Origin: Isurus oxyrinchus
Lineage: Eukaryota
Length of the DNA stretch: 64,000 bases
Assembly (NCBI GenBank): GCA_026770705.1
Contig: JANJGN010000034.1
Coordinates: 11,532,001 to 11,596,000 of the forward strand
Direction of reading: 5' to 3'
The position numbers were made by a program, and so were the translations under genes. The notes beneath the pieces are model-generated. The model saw only the letters and a list, made by a program, of their open reading frames with translations. It made no database searches and was not told the DNA's origin. Shown piece after piece: positions 51,204-64,000 of the stretch. The first letter of the stretch is position 1; every line of letters starts with the position of its first letter.

Positions 51204-52490
51204 CTGCAAAATGAGTCATTCGTATGAAAATAGATACAGAAGCATATATTGGATGTTATCAGTGTCAACGTACTTTCAGTCAGACATACTTCGCATGACC
51301 GAATGCTTCCTTTCACCATTCACAAGTTAGTGAAACCTGTATTAAACAGAATGTTGAGCGATATCTGTGGTGGGCCGAAATTTTTTTTTCAAATAGCATT
51401 TAGCATGTTGGGCACTTGTGCATGAAAGCACTCAAGCAGAATTAGTTTATCTACATTGATGTACAAACGTAAAGATTCATAAATCTGCCTGATGAATGCT
51501 TATTTGAATGAACTTCAAATCATGAAGCACTATTGACCCCTGCAACGATACAGTCAACATGGAAATGCTAAATTATTTCACTTACTATTTTCTCTTGGAC
51601 TAATGTTCGTAGCATTTTGCCCTTGCGTTGATTCTTGCATCCTAAAGAAATGTAGTGCAACATAATAAAATAAACCTTTTCAGGACAATATTGTATTGCA
51701 GTCATGATCTGAAACGGAAATCCCATTTGTTAATGTCTTATTATTAGTGAAAAATGTCTTCCTAACTGGAAGGAACAAATTTCATTCATGCTGGGCAACA
51801 TCGACAATTCTTTTATTCTTTTACGGGACGTGGGCGTCACTGGCTAAGCCAGTATTTTTATTGCCTATCCCTAATTGCCCTTGAGAAGACGGTGGTGAGC
51901 CGTCTTCCTGTGCTGCTGCTGTCCATTTGGCGGAGGAGCACCTAAAATGCTGTTTGGGAGGGAGCTCCAGGATATTGACCCAGTGACAATGAAGGAACAT
52001 CAGGAGGGAAGCACAAATCGATTCAGGAAAATTGGGGTAGATTAAGTAAATTGGCCAGAAGTAGGAGATATGAAATAGATCACCAGTATAAAGCCGTACA
52101 AACTTGTCCTTATTTTTGAACCAATCATTTACATTGCTACACATATTAAAGCATCGAAGTTCAGAGCTGATGGGACAGGAGAGCAAATTTGGTGGAAATT
52201 TAAATGATTTACAGTTTGAGTGTTTGGAAGATGCAAAACTAAGTCACTGCATCAGCAACAGTAAAGGTGTGTTATCATACCAGAGTGGGGAGCTAATAGA
52301 AGGAGATTTATGTCAATCAGAAATATAAACGATTATTATTGACTGTGTACACATGCCTTACAACTATATAGACTTGGACAGAGATATACACATATTTTGA
52401 AACAACATTTCACGCATTTACTTTGATTCAATTCATCAGGCTACAGACAAACTACTAAAGGGGCAGATAACATTTACATAGACTATTTAC

Positions 52491-52614
52491 CTGCATGCTT
52501 TCTTTTTGATCAGCCACGCGCTTATCCCGCTGATCATTCCCAGAATAAGTAGAACAGCAATCACGATGCCTGCTTTGTGACCACTGCCTAATTCATTGGT
52601 GGAGAAGTGTTGTT
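52491..52614 (-). CDS. TM exon, copy B (EQHFSTNELGSGHKAGIVIAVLLILGMISGISAWLIKKKAC)
   Basis: Acceptor tttgcag, donor AG|gtaaat; 124 nt, open. Confidence 0.88.
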
Positions 52615-53349
52615 CTGCAAATGCAATGAGAACAGATATTGAAATTAATATCAAATGCCAGAATCAATTAAACTCTTGTAGCAATGGGCAGGTATTTAAA
52701 ATTATTTTACCGTAGTGCTTGACTGTTGCTAAATTTCAACAAGCCAAGGAATAAAAATGGTCATCACAGAGTTCTCTCGAGCCAATATGACACGACATTT
52801 AAATAAAAGCCTAGTCAACTCCAAGGGCAACCAGGTAATTGAGTCTCTACGCTCTTAATCCCAAAACATTTTTAAAATTTCTCTCTACAGCTCTTAATGG
52901 GCCAATCAAGTGCTGAGCATCAACGAATGCAATCCCGACTGTTGGCCGTGTCTTCCAATTTTTCAGGAAGCGTTTCGTTTGATTCCCAAGAATATGAATT
53001 CCTTTCCTCAACTGAAGCCTATATTTCCATTTTGTCAACTTCCATTTTCTTGTGTCTTGAAATCAGGTGGATTTCCCTTGGCAATCTCCTTCTGTTTCTC
53101 ATGCACCTGATGCATCAGTGACAACATGCCAAAACATATAGCTAGATTTTATGGGACGCAGTAGTCCCCACACCCAGGAGCGAATAAATAGGGGGCCAGC
53201 CCAGCCGCACTGCTGGCCCCTGCATGGAATTTCCTATGCCGAGCAGACAGATTGTGAGACAGTGCAGTCTTGGGGTGAGAGAGAGGCTGCAGTGGACAAG
53301 CCAGTGTTGGGAGAGGAACAGGGCGACGGAAGACCTGCCGGTCCCTCCA

Positions 53350-53775
53350 ACGCGCTATAAGATTGTCCAGATCTGCAATCTTGAAAACAGGGAACTGGAC
53401 ATTTGCCCATCGTCCAAATGGATGCAGAAACAGGCCGCATCAAATCTATTCCGCAGGGAAATGTTCACTGTGCATCGGGCCAAACGCCGCCACTTTAGGA
53501 CCAGGAACGTGCACGTTCTACCTCAAATTACCCGGGATAGGCAACATTTCTCAAAACTTTGACCACGCGGAAAAGCAAGGCGTTTCCCGCTGCTACCATG
53601 CAGTGCCTCCGTGAATGGTACTTTCCACAACAGGATGCTGCCTCAGCCCAAAAAGAATGCTCTGCCTATCACACAACTGAGCACCGCCATGCATCAATTT
53701 CAGTGCGGTTGTGATGCCATGTGCGTAGGCCGTATATCCCAGTGATTGGCTGATCGAATCAAACAGCGTGTTATA
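53350..53775 (+). mobile_element. Penelope-like remnant, duplicate copy (GIY-YIG part deleted or shorter end)
   Basis: Paralog of 7690-8130. Confidence 0.65.
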
Positions 53776-56404
53776 TTGGTTGTCCATAAGAGTGTTAAAC
53801 GTTAAAAATAAAGGTAAAAGTACAGCTGAGGGAACAGATACTGGTATCTTGAAGCAGCAAAACTGAAAACTAAATATAATTTTGATATGCACAGTACGTC
53901 TTTAATCTGGAAATCTGTAATAGCAACGTTTTTTATTCCGACGATTCATTTGGCAACAACTCACTTTGCACATCCTCTTGTGTGCTGAGTTTCTCTGGGC
54001 CACTGACTAAATCGAAGTGACCCTGTCCTTCAAAATGAGAGCAGCACTAACACAGAACAACTGAACCCACAAATAACAAGGTGTTTGGCGGTAAAGTGGG
54101 ATTAGTGTCCCAGAATTGAGTTCCCACAGCTACATACATTCTTACCGCAATGAGTGGTTCTCCCTCTTTATTGTACTGGAGAAATGTCAGAGCCTCTCCA
54201 TGCACTTGGAACCCGATTACCGAGATTCTGCTCATTCTTACAAACTTCACCAGTTCACCTCTTCGCAAAGTTCATATTCAAGTTAATATTAATGATGCCA
54301 CATGCATTCGGGAAAAAAAATCTAAGTGTAGCGAAGTTCCGGAGTTTCGGCAGCCATAGCACAATTTAAAGAAATTCACAAGTAAATATCAGAATTGTGA
54401 AATTGAACCTGGGAGGGACGCAAACCAGGTAATATCATATATATTGCCAGTTACCAGCTTCGCACCAAATTCAGGTCCATTTGCGTATATAAAATTCATT
54501 ATTTAACGTGATGAATAACAAGAGAGAAAGGCGACGCCGCCCAGCATGCATCCTTGTCCGGTCTAATGTCCCTCGCTAATAATTGGCGCACTAACGTTTT
54601 AGGATAAGTCGTTTTCTACATGTTAAATATCCGAAATATGAGTGCATATTCAGAATTGTGTTATAGTTTACTACAGTCTATATCTATTCTGGTTGAGGTT
54701 GACTTGCAGTAACAGAAAACAAGTTTGAACCATCCCTGCTTAATTCAGTTATTATTTGTAATAATAAACTTGCAAATACCAGTCAGCATGAATGCAGAAG
54801 AGACATAATCCTGCATGATCAACCTGGATGAAACTACTTGTGAAATACCTGGTGAAAGGGCAATGCAGAGCCTTTCCTCGAACTGGAAGCAAGATTTGAG
54901 AATAGTTCCAGTCAGAAGCAGCACAGTCAATTACAAGCATCGGGGCTACCGGGCATGGGTTACCAAAAGAATTAAACAGGCTGCAACGTTCAACAATTTA
55001 CGCTGACATTTTTTGAAACATGCAAGAAAGAAGACAATTCGGCCCATCGTGTCTTGCAGACTAACTGAACTGTCCATCCAAATTGCCTCACTCCGTTGAT
55101 CCTGCTCAAGCTGACCTTACAATGTATATTCAATTCCTTTACGGAAAAATAATATTGAATTTGTTTTCATCACACTAAGACAGAACACTCCAGACTTCTT
55201 CAATTTTCTGCAAAGAAAATGATTCTCATCTTCCCTAGCTGTTTCGCCAATTATCTTAAATCTGCATTGTCCATTTGCCTATTCTCCTACCAGTTTCCCC
55301 TCATTCACTCTATCAAGCCCGGCATGATTTTGAAACCTCTACTTTACCTCATTCACAGGAAATCCGAAATTCTTTTGAGTGTGCACACGACTGAAGTTAC
55401 TCATCCCATATATCATTCTGTTAGATGCACCCTCCTACCTCCCCAAAAGATCAGCATACTTCGCAATGTGTGGTGCAGTGAAAGCGCATATAAATGTCAA
55501 GTGTAATTAACTGAATGTAGGAAGACAATGATAAATGGACGAACATGACCTGCAAAGAATTTTGATGCAAATAGCTTAGCATCGAATTAGCGGAGTGAAT
55601 GCAATAAAGTTGAATTTCGCAGGAAGAACACCTCAGTAGGTATAAGATCAATAGTAAAATTCTAAAGGAGTTTGGAAGCAGAAAGGCCTGAGGTATATGT
55701 ATGCATAAGTCATTGAATATGACAGGATCAGTTGAGTGAATAGTTAGTAAATATACCGTATCCTGGGCTTTATTAATTACGGCATTAAGCTATGTTAAAC
55801 TTATGTAGTACACTGGACCGGCCTCAGCCGCAGTATTGCATCCGATTTCAACATACAACACTTAAGGAAAGACTTGAAGGCATTAGAATGTGTGCAGATA
55901 ACTTTCATGAAATGGTGGCAGTGACGAGAAACTTCAATTATCTTGAAAGTTTGAACAGGTTTGGACTTACTGGGAGAATAGAAGTTGAGAGCTGGTTTGA
56001 TAGAGGGACAAAAGTCATGGGGCACTGAAAAGCGTAGACAGTGAACAATGCTCCCATTAGTGGAAGGATTGAGGACAAAAGAAGCATCGAAGACATGAGG
56101 AAAAACTTTTTCAAGCAGCTAGCGGTTGAGATCTGGAATGCATGACCATACATTGGGCGGAGGGAGGTTCAATCGAGCCATATGGTAACAAATTTGGAAT
56201 TGTATTTCAGAAGCACAGGCGAACAGTATGAGGTAGCAAGTTCAAATTCCACTGTGGCAGCCAGAGAAATTTTAATTCAACAAATAAATTTCTAATTGAA
56301 ATCTAGAGTCAGTCATGGTGACTATGAAAGCATCATCAATTTTCTTAAAAACCCATTTGCTTCACTCATTTTTAATAGGGAAGGAAATCTGCCACCCTGC
56401 CCTA

Positions 56405-57360
56405 GAGAACCGGCCCACGTTTACTCGGTGTATACCTTCTACCATGAAAGCCAGTCCAGCAAGCATCCAGTTCACTCAAAGATCTGTGGCGTCTGCGGGT
56501 GCGTTAAGATATACAAGTCATGAAAGCTCCCTGGGTATCTAGCACAAACATGTATGGTCTGCCTTCTGTGATCACGTATAAGCTGGGCATTCAGAAACTG
56601 AAGTCCTTTCCAATTGATGAATCTCACAGGCGGCTGACAGGGAACTCACAGGGCTACTTGTGTGCAGTAGATGGGGCCCTGCACTTTTGGGAAACCATAT
56701 AACGTTGTGAATACAACAGCTCTGGCAGCCTGGCTTTTGCAACCATCGTGGAGCATACTGCTGAGCTCTATTCAAAAAGGTATCCGTCCCCTGCCTTATA
56801 CGTTTGTTTGTCACCAATTGTAATATTTCCCACATGACCCATTCGAGCCCTGGAATTATCTGCTGGCCAAAAAAGTGAAGTGAAGCTGTTACCTTCAAAA
56901 CCAGCTGCACGGGATGCCCTCCAAATCCTTGCAGCATTAGTTGTTCACGGAGAAGGTGGCAAAAGTGAGCTACCAGGTTCCTGGACAACCGAAGGTGACT
57001 GCAGCATTGTCATCTCTACATCCCCGTATATCTGCAGAGTTTTCTATATACCAGTGTTGGGCCACTGGTGTTCAATGAATTATCCTCTCTTTGGGAGCAC
57101 CTAGGATTCTTGGGACACCGCCACATCTTGCAGCTCATGTCGCTGCACACTCTAGACGTGTACCAAATGCCAATGGGCCCTTCATTTCCTCATTGCATTA
57201 GAGCTATAAACAAGGCCGGTTGCCTGCATCTGGCATTCTGCACTCTGAATTATCTCTGTCAATGAATGCATTTCAGAATTTACTGAAACTTTTCCTTCAC
57301 AAGTTTCCTTCCACCTCTGGGCCAGGAGGCCAATGCAAAGATTTTGGCCTGAACTCCCTC
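56405..57360 (-). mobile_element. Harbinger transposase remnant, duplicate
   Basis: ORF 56572..56988 is a paralog. Confidence 0.85.
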
Positions 57361-57476
57361 TGGGTGTGCATCCTCAGGCCTCCCCTTGAAAGTGTCGAAC
57401 ATACTGGGGGACCACAAGTGGCCGGTCCTGCCCTTCAGACATGACTGTGCATGACTACGACCATGTGCGAGAACCC

Positions 57477-58310
57477 TGTCATGAAGAGGTATTAATGTCT
57501 ATAGTGTCTTGGAAAATATTTTAAAATTGCAATTGTAGTGCGATCTGCATCTACATGTGTGCCTAAGCGTATGTCTGCGTGTGTCCTAACTTGGTTAATG
57601 CCAGCTAGTCTGAGTGTTTTGATGCATGGTAGCTCAAGATGTTAACTGGATAAATAGGTGAAAGGTAATTTTCGATTTGCATTTATTGAATAAACCATTC
57701 AAAAGAATGGGTAAAATCTTGCACCCAGATGGGAGATGCCAAGCAATGCGTTTGTATTATTAATAAAATTGATGGAATGAAAGGATTATCGTTTAGAGAG
57801 GTAAAATTAAAAACCTAGCAACACAATAAAAACTCTGCATTCGAAGCCGATGCTAGGTATAAACAGAAAGAAGTTTGTCTGTATAACTCAGAGGCATTTA
57901 AGATCTAACCAGCCTGTAAGTCAACAACTGTGTCTGCAAAGGAGACAGATTGAAAGGATCCTCACTTTGAATTCGTAAGATCAAATGTGCTTTGCCTGAT
58001 GTCTGTTTGAAGTCTCTGCATTATTAGTGCCTTGGTGAAGATTTACCTGCAACTGATTAATGTTGGATTTGTGTAAAAGTTATTGTGTGAGTAATTTGTA
58101 GACACTTATATGCACCTAATTTGTTGTTAACTTAATAAACGTTTAATTTAGTTTTATACGAAAAAAAACCTCTTTAGGGTTGGTGGTTTTATTCCTGATT
58201 TCAGAGCTGCATTTCAAACACACGAACTGGAAATATAGGTCATGACCGTTGTTCAAGTTTCCTTATGGGATTTAAACAACTCAGCCTTTACCAACTGCCG
58301 TGTCATAACA
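57477..58310 (+). mobile_element. Solo LTR, duplicate
   Basis: TGTCATGA...TCATAACA inverted termini; aaccc TSD on both sides. Confidence 0.85.
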
Positions 58311-59889
58311 AACCCCCATCAGTGAATTGTCAGCAGGCCTCCCTGGACACCCTATGCAGAGAACATATCCTTGTCATAATGGCAACAGTTTAAGCATTGT
58401 GCTTTGTAATCCAGGACCACTTAACTGGGATTAGTGAGGCTTGGAGTGTGCGCGTAAAATGTACAGAAAGCCGTGGTCCTTGAATGATTCAACCGTCATC
58501 CACTCCCATATGCCTTTGGGAGGAACAGATGGCTAAACAACTCAAATGTAGCTCCAAAACTCAATGGATTCTCGCATGAACGCTCACCCATTAGTCAAGG
58601 AGCAATAATCAATGGGTATTTAACCCTAAAAGCCAGGTCTCAGCTGGGTCTTGTTCTCCATGGCTTGAAGAAACAATTAATACGGTCTCCCATCCCTCCG
58701 CCCAAAGGATTATCCCTGATCTCCTCCCAGACACCTGTCATTTCGAGATTTTCACGTTTGTTTTTCAACTGAGTCCTTACTGAGTAAAGATAAAGATGGT
58801 TATTCTAACGCTTGTGAATACGAACATCTTCCAACCTCCACTGCCAACCACCAGGTCCCTCTGTCCTCCTGCATAGCCACTGCCTCCTAATTCCACACCG
58901 TCGTGTGACCAGCGTATCTTCCGTTATTACCCTTCACCCCATTATAGTTCATACGGATATCCCTATTCTCCTTCACCCCACAGTTTCCTTCAATGTTCAT
59001 ATCCCGACGTTCGTTGTTAGTGTGACCCCTTCCCTTCGCGAGGCAACAGACAACGTTACTTTCCGAGATCCCCACCCTCCACCATGAGACCATCCAATTA
59101 CCAGCTGCAAATGCCTTCCTTGAACATGGCTCTGCCCTCTGTATCCCAGTAGAATGCCCTGAAAGCCCAGGACCAAATAGCTGAGATGAACAGCCACATC
59201 CTGCACACTTTTCCCAGAATGACAGCCATTGCCCATCGAAACCTACCCTGATGCAAGACCGGGACCAATACATATGTCACACGGACGGCCCTTTAGCATG
59301 GCCTGGGCACAGTGGCCTCATTCCCTGCACAGTCTCTTAAACTTGTCCCGGAACAATGTTTCGCCGTTCCCCAGGCAATCTCTTAAACTTGCCTCCATGG
59401 ACAATCATTCACCCTTCCCCTCTGGTCCACCTGCAACCCCTCTTCCCCAAGCCCTGACACCATCACACACTTCACCCTTTGTCGGGCCCCCTATGCCCAG
59501 CCTTGGCGCAGTTTATGCGATAGGCACCTGAAATATATCAATAACAGAGTAAAAGGTAGACAAAAGCATCATCTACTAGCCTTTCAATTGTGAACGCACT
59601 GAGAGAACGCTAGTTCCAAGCTAGATATTTCCGGTCGTAAAACAGAACAACCAATTAGCCGCTTTTAGGGAACTAAGTTTGGATGGGGAACGTGATTTCA
59701 GCATGCCTTTTAATAAGCATTCATAACATTCTAATGAATGCAGATGGGCATCCCCCACATTGCTAATCCAGAAACCTGACCTGCCTTCAACCTGCCTGCA
59801 ATGATGGGAGAAGAAAATTCCAAATTTTTTGCCTGCTGTCGGGAAACTGTTCTTGGCCTGTGACTGAGAAGCTGTGGGATCAGTAAGGC

Positions 59890-60896
59890 AAGGAGATGGC
59901 CCCAGGATCTAGTGATGTTACCCAGGATCTAGTGATGTTGCCCAGGATCTAGTGATGTTGCCCTGCACTCACAATGCTGAGAGGTTGAAGCTGGCCAGAA
60001 GGCCTTGTTTCGACAATGTGTAAGAAGTCTCCAAAAGGTGACTCTGAGGAGGGAGTGGGAGCATATGGCAAGGATCATGAGTGCCCAAAGCATCTCACCA
60101 CAGACCTGGCAGCAGTGCCAATAAAGATTTCATGACCTTGCTTTGGGCAAGGTGGGCATATGGTTTAGCAAACAGGTCTGATAACCACATCAATTGACAC
60201 CACACATCGCTTCAGGCACCAGGTCCTGACGTTCAGGGGTCATTCCTAACATCCTTACATCGACATCTCAACCAAACGCACCTCCCAGCCATACCAGCTA
60301 CCCACATGGTAGACACGGCCACCATATACTTCCATTGATTCAGCTACTGCACACATCACACACACATCAAATGCTGACCTGGCCTCTCTCCTGCAGGAGA
60401 ATACACCCACAACAGGTGGGAAAGCCAGTGGACCAGAAGGCCAGTCCAAATGCAGTCCCTCAGTGCTAAGGGGGGATTTACATTCGGAATGTGGGCAGAA
60501 TTGCTACTGAACCAGTGGCATTTGGCGCAGTGTATGCCATCCGAGATGATGGTAAGTTGTTGCCTTGTGCACTTTGCCCACTAACTTCCTACTCCCACCC
60601 TGAAAGGTGACATGAAATCAAAACTTGCAAATTTAGTTACCATGGACAACACAGCCTCCTTTCTCTTATCCTTACTAACCACCCCCAATAGTTTTCATAA
60701 TCCAAAAGCTGTCAGGTGCTCAGCCCCCCCACAGAGAATAAGCTTTGAAGAGGAAACACAGTCACTGAACCTAACGATCGCAGCCACCAGCCTGGATATT
60801 TGCACACTTGCATAACTTAGAGGCTAGTTTCAGAATCAGAATCTGCATATGCTAAGTCATTAGGCATGCGTGGGCTGCAGCCAGGACAGAGAATAG
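59890..60896 (+). mobile_element. Harbinger Myb/SANT remnant, duplicate
   Basis: Paralog of 14640-15626. Confidence 0.7.
59901..59960 (+). repeat. 20-bp unit x3 (cccaggatctagtgatgttR)
   Basis: Single copy in unit A near 14648. Confidence 0.95.
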
Positions 60897-62925
60897 GTGA
60901 GCTCCTGTGCCCTCTCATGACGCCCATGACACCTCCATTGTCCATTCATAACGCCATGACCCCTCATATCTACCTGGCTCCACATGCACTGTGCATAACC
61001 ACTCATCCAGTATCCACTATGTGCAGAGCACATGAGATAAGTGATGCCAAACGAAAAGACTTTCAAATGCACTACAAAAAAATTACATCTCTTACAAGCA
61101 CAGAAAATGTCAACCAAACGCGCATCCATTCATAATCCAGTGATAAAACTTCAGTCCTAATGGCATAAAGAAATCTCTTAAGTGGTCATTAAGTTGTGAA
61201 ATTAAACAACCACCCATTGAAAAAAATGCATTAAAGAAACTGAAACCAATGGCATGAGCATAAAACAGTCAGTTTGCTTCACAGCTGTGTCAACAGATCC
61301 CCTGATGAGCTCAGGGTTTTTGAAACTCAGCCAAGTATTCATAATGGGCTCAGCTGCAAAAACAGACTATTACAGCTGAAAACAATTATCACTTTTGAAG
61401 TAAAAGGAATGGATGGAGAGGTTATTTTCTCAAAATTTCAGTTTAGACCAGGAACAAAAGGCCAGATTTTTTCAATCTTCAGATCACTAAAACAGGCTCC
61501 CCTTCTCACATTTTTACATGTTTTTGAACGCATAAGTGCAAGTTCCGCAATGAAAATATACACTAATGCATCTCAATACGTAACCAGTTCTGGTCAATGT
61601 AATTGTCAACTTATCTTTTAAGGGCAGATATTTCTGATCAATCATTGTATTAATATAATAATTAAAGTGATACAAAAGCCATGAACACACAGTTACACGG
61701 GTACACAGTCTTTAAAAGCACATATTATCTTACACCATCTAAGCATGTTTGAACATATGTGTCAAAACGTTCAGGGTGTGTATCTTAGAATCTGGCCCCG
61801 CCCGCGAATTTTATAGACCTTCTGACTCGCTACCACGGCACAAAAATCCAGCCCCATGTGTATGAATCTGCATTTAAAATCTTGCAATGAGCCCTACTGG
61901 ACAAAATAATCCGCGTTGTGAAATGTTGTTCAGGGAAGCCTGAAGTTACAAGATATATGCAATAACCTGTACAAAAGGTTTGGTAAGTAATCATGGGGCC
62001 TGTACACTATGTAACACCAGAATTGGTTGATGCTGTCTATAGATTTGGGTAATGTTGTTTGTAGCATTGAACCCAGCCTATGTGAAACTACCACCCTACT
62101 GCGGTTTGACACTACTCTCCTGATTTACACAGTACTTTCCAAATACAGACCCACAACAAATTTGAGGTCTGTCACTCCACCTTTACTGCAATTATAGTAT
62201 TAGTCATCCATTCAAATAAAAAACGTGCCTCCACAATATACAGGGGACCACTATCTGAGTAGACTAAATTTAAAGATGTGTAAGTGAATCGCTGTCTCCC
62301 CTGGAAGGCATAATTGGGTCCTTGGAAGGTAAAGAGGGGGGAGATAAAGGGGCAGGAGTTAGGCCTTCTCTAATTCCATGCAAAGGTGTCATGGTAAGGG
62401 GATGAGGTGTTGGGCGTGTTAGAAGAGTGTACCTGGGTGTAAGGGAGGGAAACGTTCCTATGGAATGCTGACAGGGGAGGTGATGGATTATTAAAGTGAA
62501 GCTTGGGATTTAGGAATATAATTTGGATGAAAGTTTTCTGCAAGTATGAAATGCTTTAAAATGCAACATGAAATAAAATGACAAATAGATTTCACCATTA
62601 ATATGTCTCCCATTCAAAGATATCAAAATGGAAGTCTTCATTTGGAAATGTACATGGAAGAAGGCCATGGAAAACAGTTCAAGGGTTAAAACAATTTGAT
62701 AGTTCGATACTTCATAGTATCAAAGTAAAGGTTATTTGTGAGCGCAACAAGTGCAATGTTACCCCCAATTCCATCAGCAAAACTAACAGAACCAAAGAGC
62801 TGCACGTTCTTTCTGAATGATCTATCAAAGTTCATTCTACTCATACAATTAACTACTAAATACCTTGACCTTTGCATGGGTGGAATATAAGTTAATAAAA
62901 TAAGATTCAGAAATGTGTTACTTAC

Positions 62926-63188
62926 CTATTACAACTTTTTGTTTATTTGAGGCGCTGTACCTTTTTGTTAAACTGTTAAAGGGCTGACAGGTATATGTTC
63001 AGCGCCATTCACAGTAATGCTAGAAATGATAAGTTGTTGCCCTTTTTGCTGCAGAGAGGCATTGTTGATAAACTATTCCAATTCTGCAGGTGGGTGTGAG
63101 TCCATAGAACATGAGAAAGTAATGCTTTTCCCAACAAAGTAAGCGGACAAATCGTTGTCTATGGATATGTTAAGGAGATCGGGTCTAT
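62926..63188 (-). pseudogene. Second IgC2 exon, disabled, copy B
   Basis: Same Trp-to-TAG stop (63073-63075) as copy A, plus its own 1-nt deletion near 63000 (GCT GGA ACA to GCT GAA CA); 263 nt. Confidence 0.9.
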
Positions 63189-63377
63189 CTCAAGTAAGTG
63201 CACAAATATATTATAATAAATATATGTTAAACTGATAAGCAGCAGTGGACTATACATTTATAGCAATCATCAATGTCACAGAAACTACGCACCCTGGTGT
63301 TTTATGCACTCCATTATGCGAACTTAAGTCAATAAGTTGTGCCATTTTCCCCATTGCTCAATGGTGGGATCCAATGT

Positions 63378-64000
63378 CAGTTTTTTATTAATTCGTTCGT
63401 GGGAGGTTTCCATCACTGCTAGACCAGCATTTATTGCCCATCCCTAGTTGCCCTTGATAAGGTGTTGGTGAGTTGCCTTCCTGAGACACTGCAATCCACG
63501 TAGAGCAGGAGTACCCACAGTGTATTTGAAAGGGTTGGGTGTGGTGGTGGGCTGGTGTTTCCAAGATTTTGTCCCAGCAGCAGTTGAATTTCCAAGTTAC
63601 AGTGGTGTGTGGCGTTAGGTTGGGGGTTGGAGGGGTGGTGGTGATGGAGGACGTCCTGGTGGTTGTCTTCCCACTTGTCTGCTGCCCTTATCCTCCGAGA
63701 TAGTAGGGGTCCTGTGTTTGGGATGTGCTGTCTAAGAAGCCTTGGTCAGTTCCTGCAGTGCATCTTGTAGATGGGTACACACTGCTGCTACTGTGCATCG
63801 GTGGTGGAAGAAGTGAATGTTTGTGGATGAGGTGCCAATCAAGTAAGTTGCTTCGTCCTGGATGGTATTGAGTTTCATGAGTATTGTGGGAGCTGCATTC
63901 ATCCAGTCAAGTGCAGAGTATTCCATCACATTCCTGACTTGTGCCTTGTAGATGGTGTACAGCCTGTGGGGAGTCAGCAGCTGAGTTACTCGTCACAGAA
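63378..64000 (-). mobile_element. Same LINE, duplicate (runs off the window)
   Basis: MMEYSALDWMNAAPT.. Confidence 0.9.

Larger units (their letters stand above)
47881..63188 (-). other. CEACAM-like receptor locus, copy B (3' part: IgC2psi, TM, cytoplasmic exons; 5' exons lie beyond the window)
   Basis: Colinear paralogous exons at an offset of about 45 kb. Confidence 0.85.
45202..64000 (+). repeat. Segmental duplication unit B
   Basis: As for unit A; roughly 10% divergence by eye with several copy-specific indels. Confidence 0.97.

Noticed and set aside
59901-59960. CRISPR-like repeat
   Set aside because: No spacers and a eukaryotic context; a simple tandem triplication.
45202-64000. False duplication from an uncollapsed haplotype
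   Set aside because: Roughly 10% divergence and copy-specific old insertions are too large for alleles.

Overview
Vertebrate genomic DNA, most likely from a cartilaginous fish (inferred from Deu-SINE/SacSINE1-like, V-SINE/HE1-like, Penelope, CR1/L2 and Harbinger repeats). The window holds a tandem segmental duplication with a period of about 45.1-45.2 kb: 1-18895 matches 45202-64000 at roughly 90% identity by eye, and an assembly gap lies at 44626-44829. Each unit carries a minus-strand CEACAM-like immunoglobulin-superfamily receptor locus, reconstructed here by hand from splice sites and exon phases: leader, Cys-less IgV (N) domain, two IgC2 exons, TM exon, and five small cytoplasmic exons encoding a SAYENI motif and a split ITAM (EEDSTYMGL-x7-YSEL). 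In copy A the leader, IgV, TM and ITAM exons are open. Both IgC2 exons are dead (stops, a frameshift, a GC donor), and one stop is shared with copy B. All Ig exons are phase 1, so skipping the dead exons would give an in-frame L-V-TM-ITAM receptor with CEACAM3-like architecture. This is a hypothesis, because the first cytoplasmic exon has a splice-site lesion in each copy. Two further promoter-leader-pseudoV cassettes (28.9-29.6 kb and 42.1-43.1 kb) lie upstream in the same orientation with no constant exons of their own. The rest of the window is transposon debris, and most ORF-track entries are spurious.
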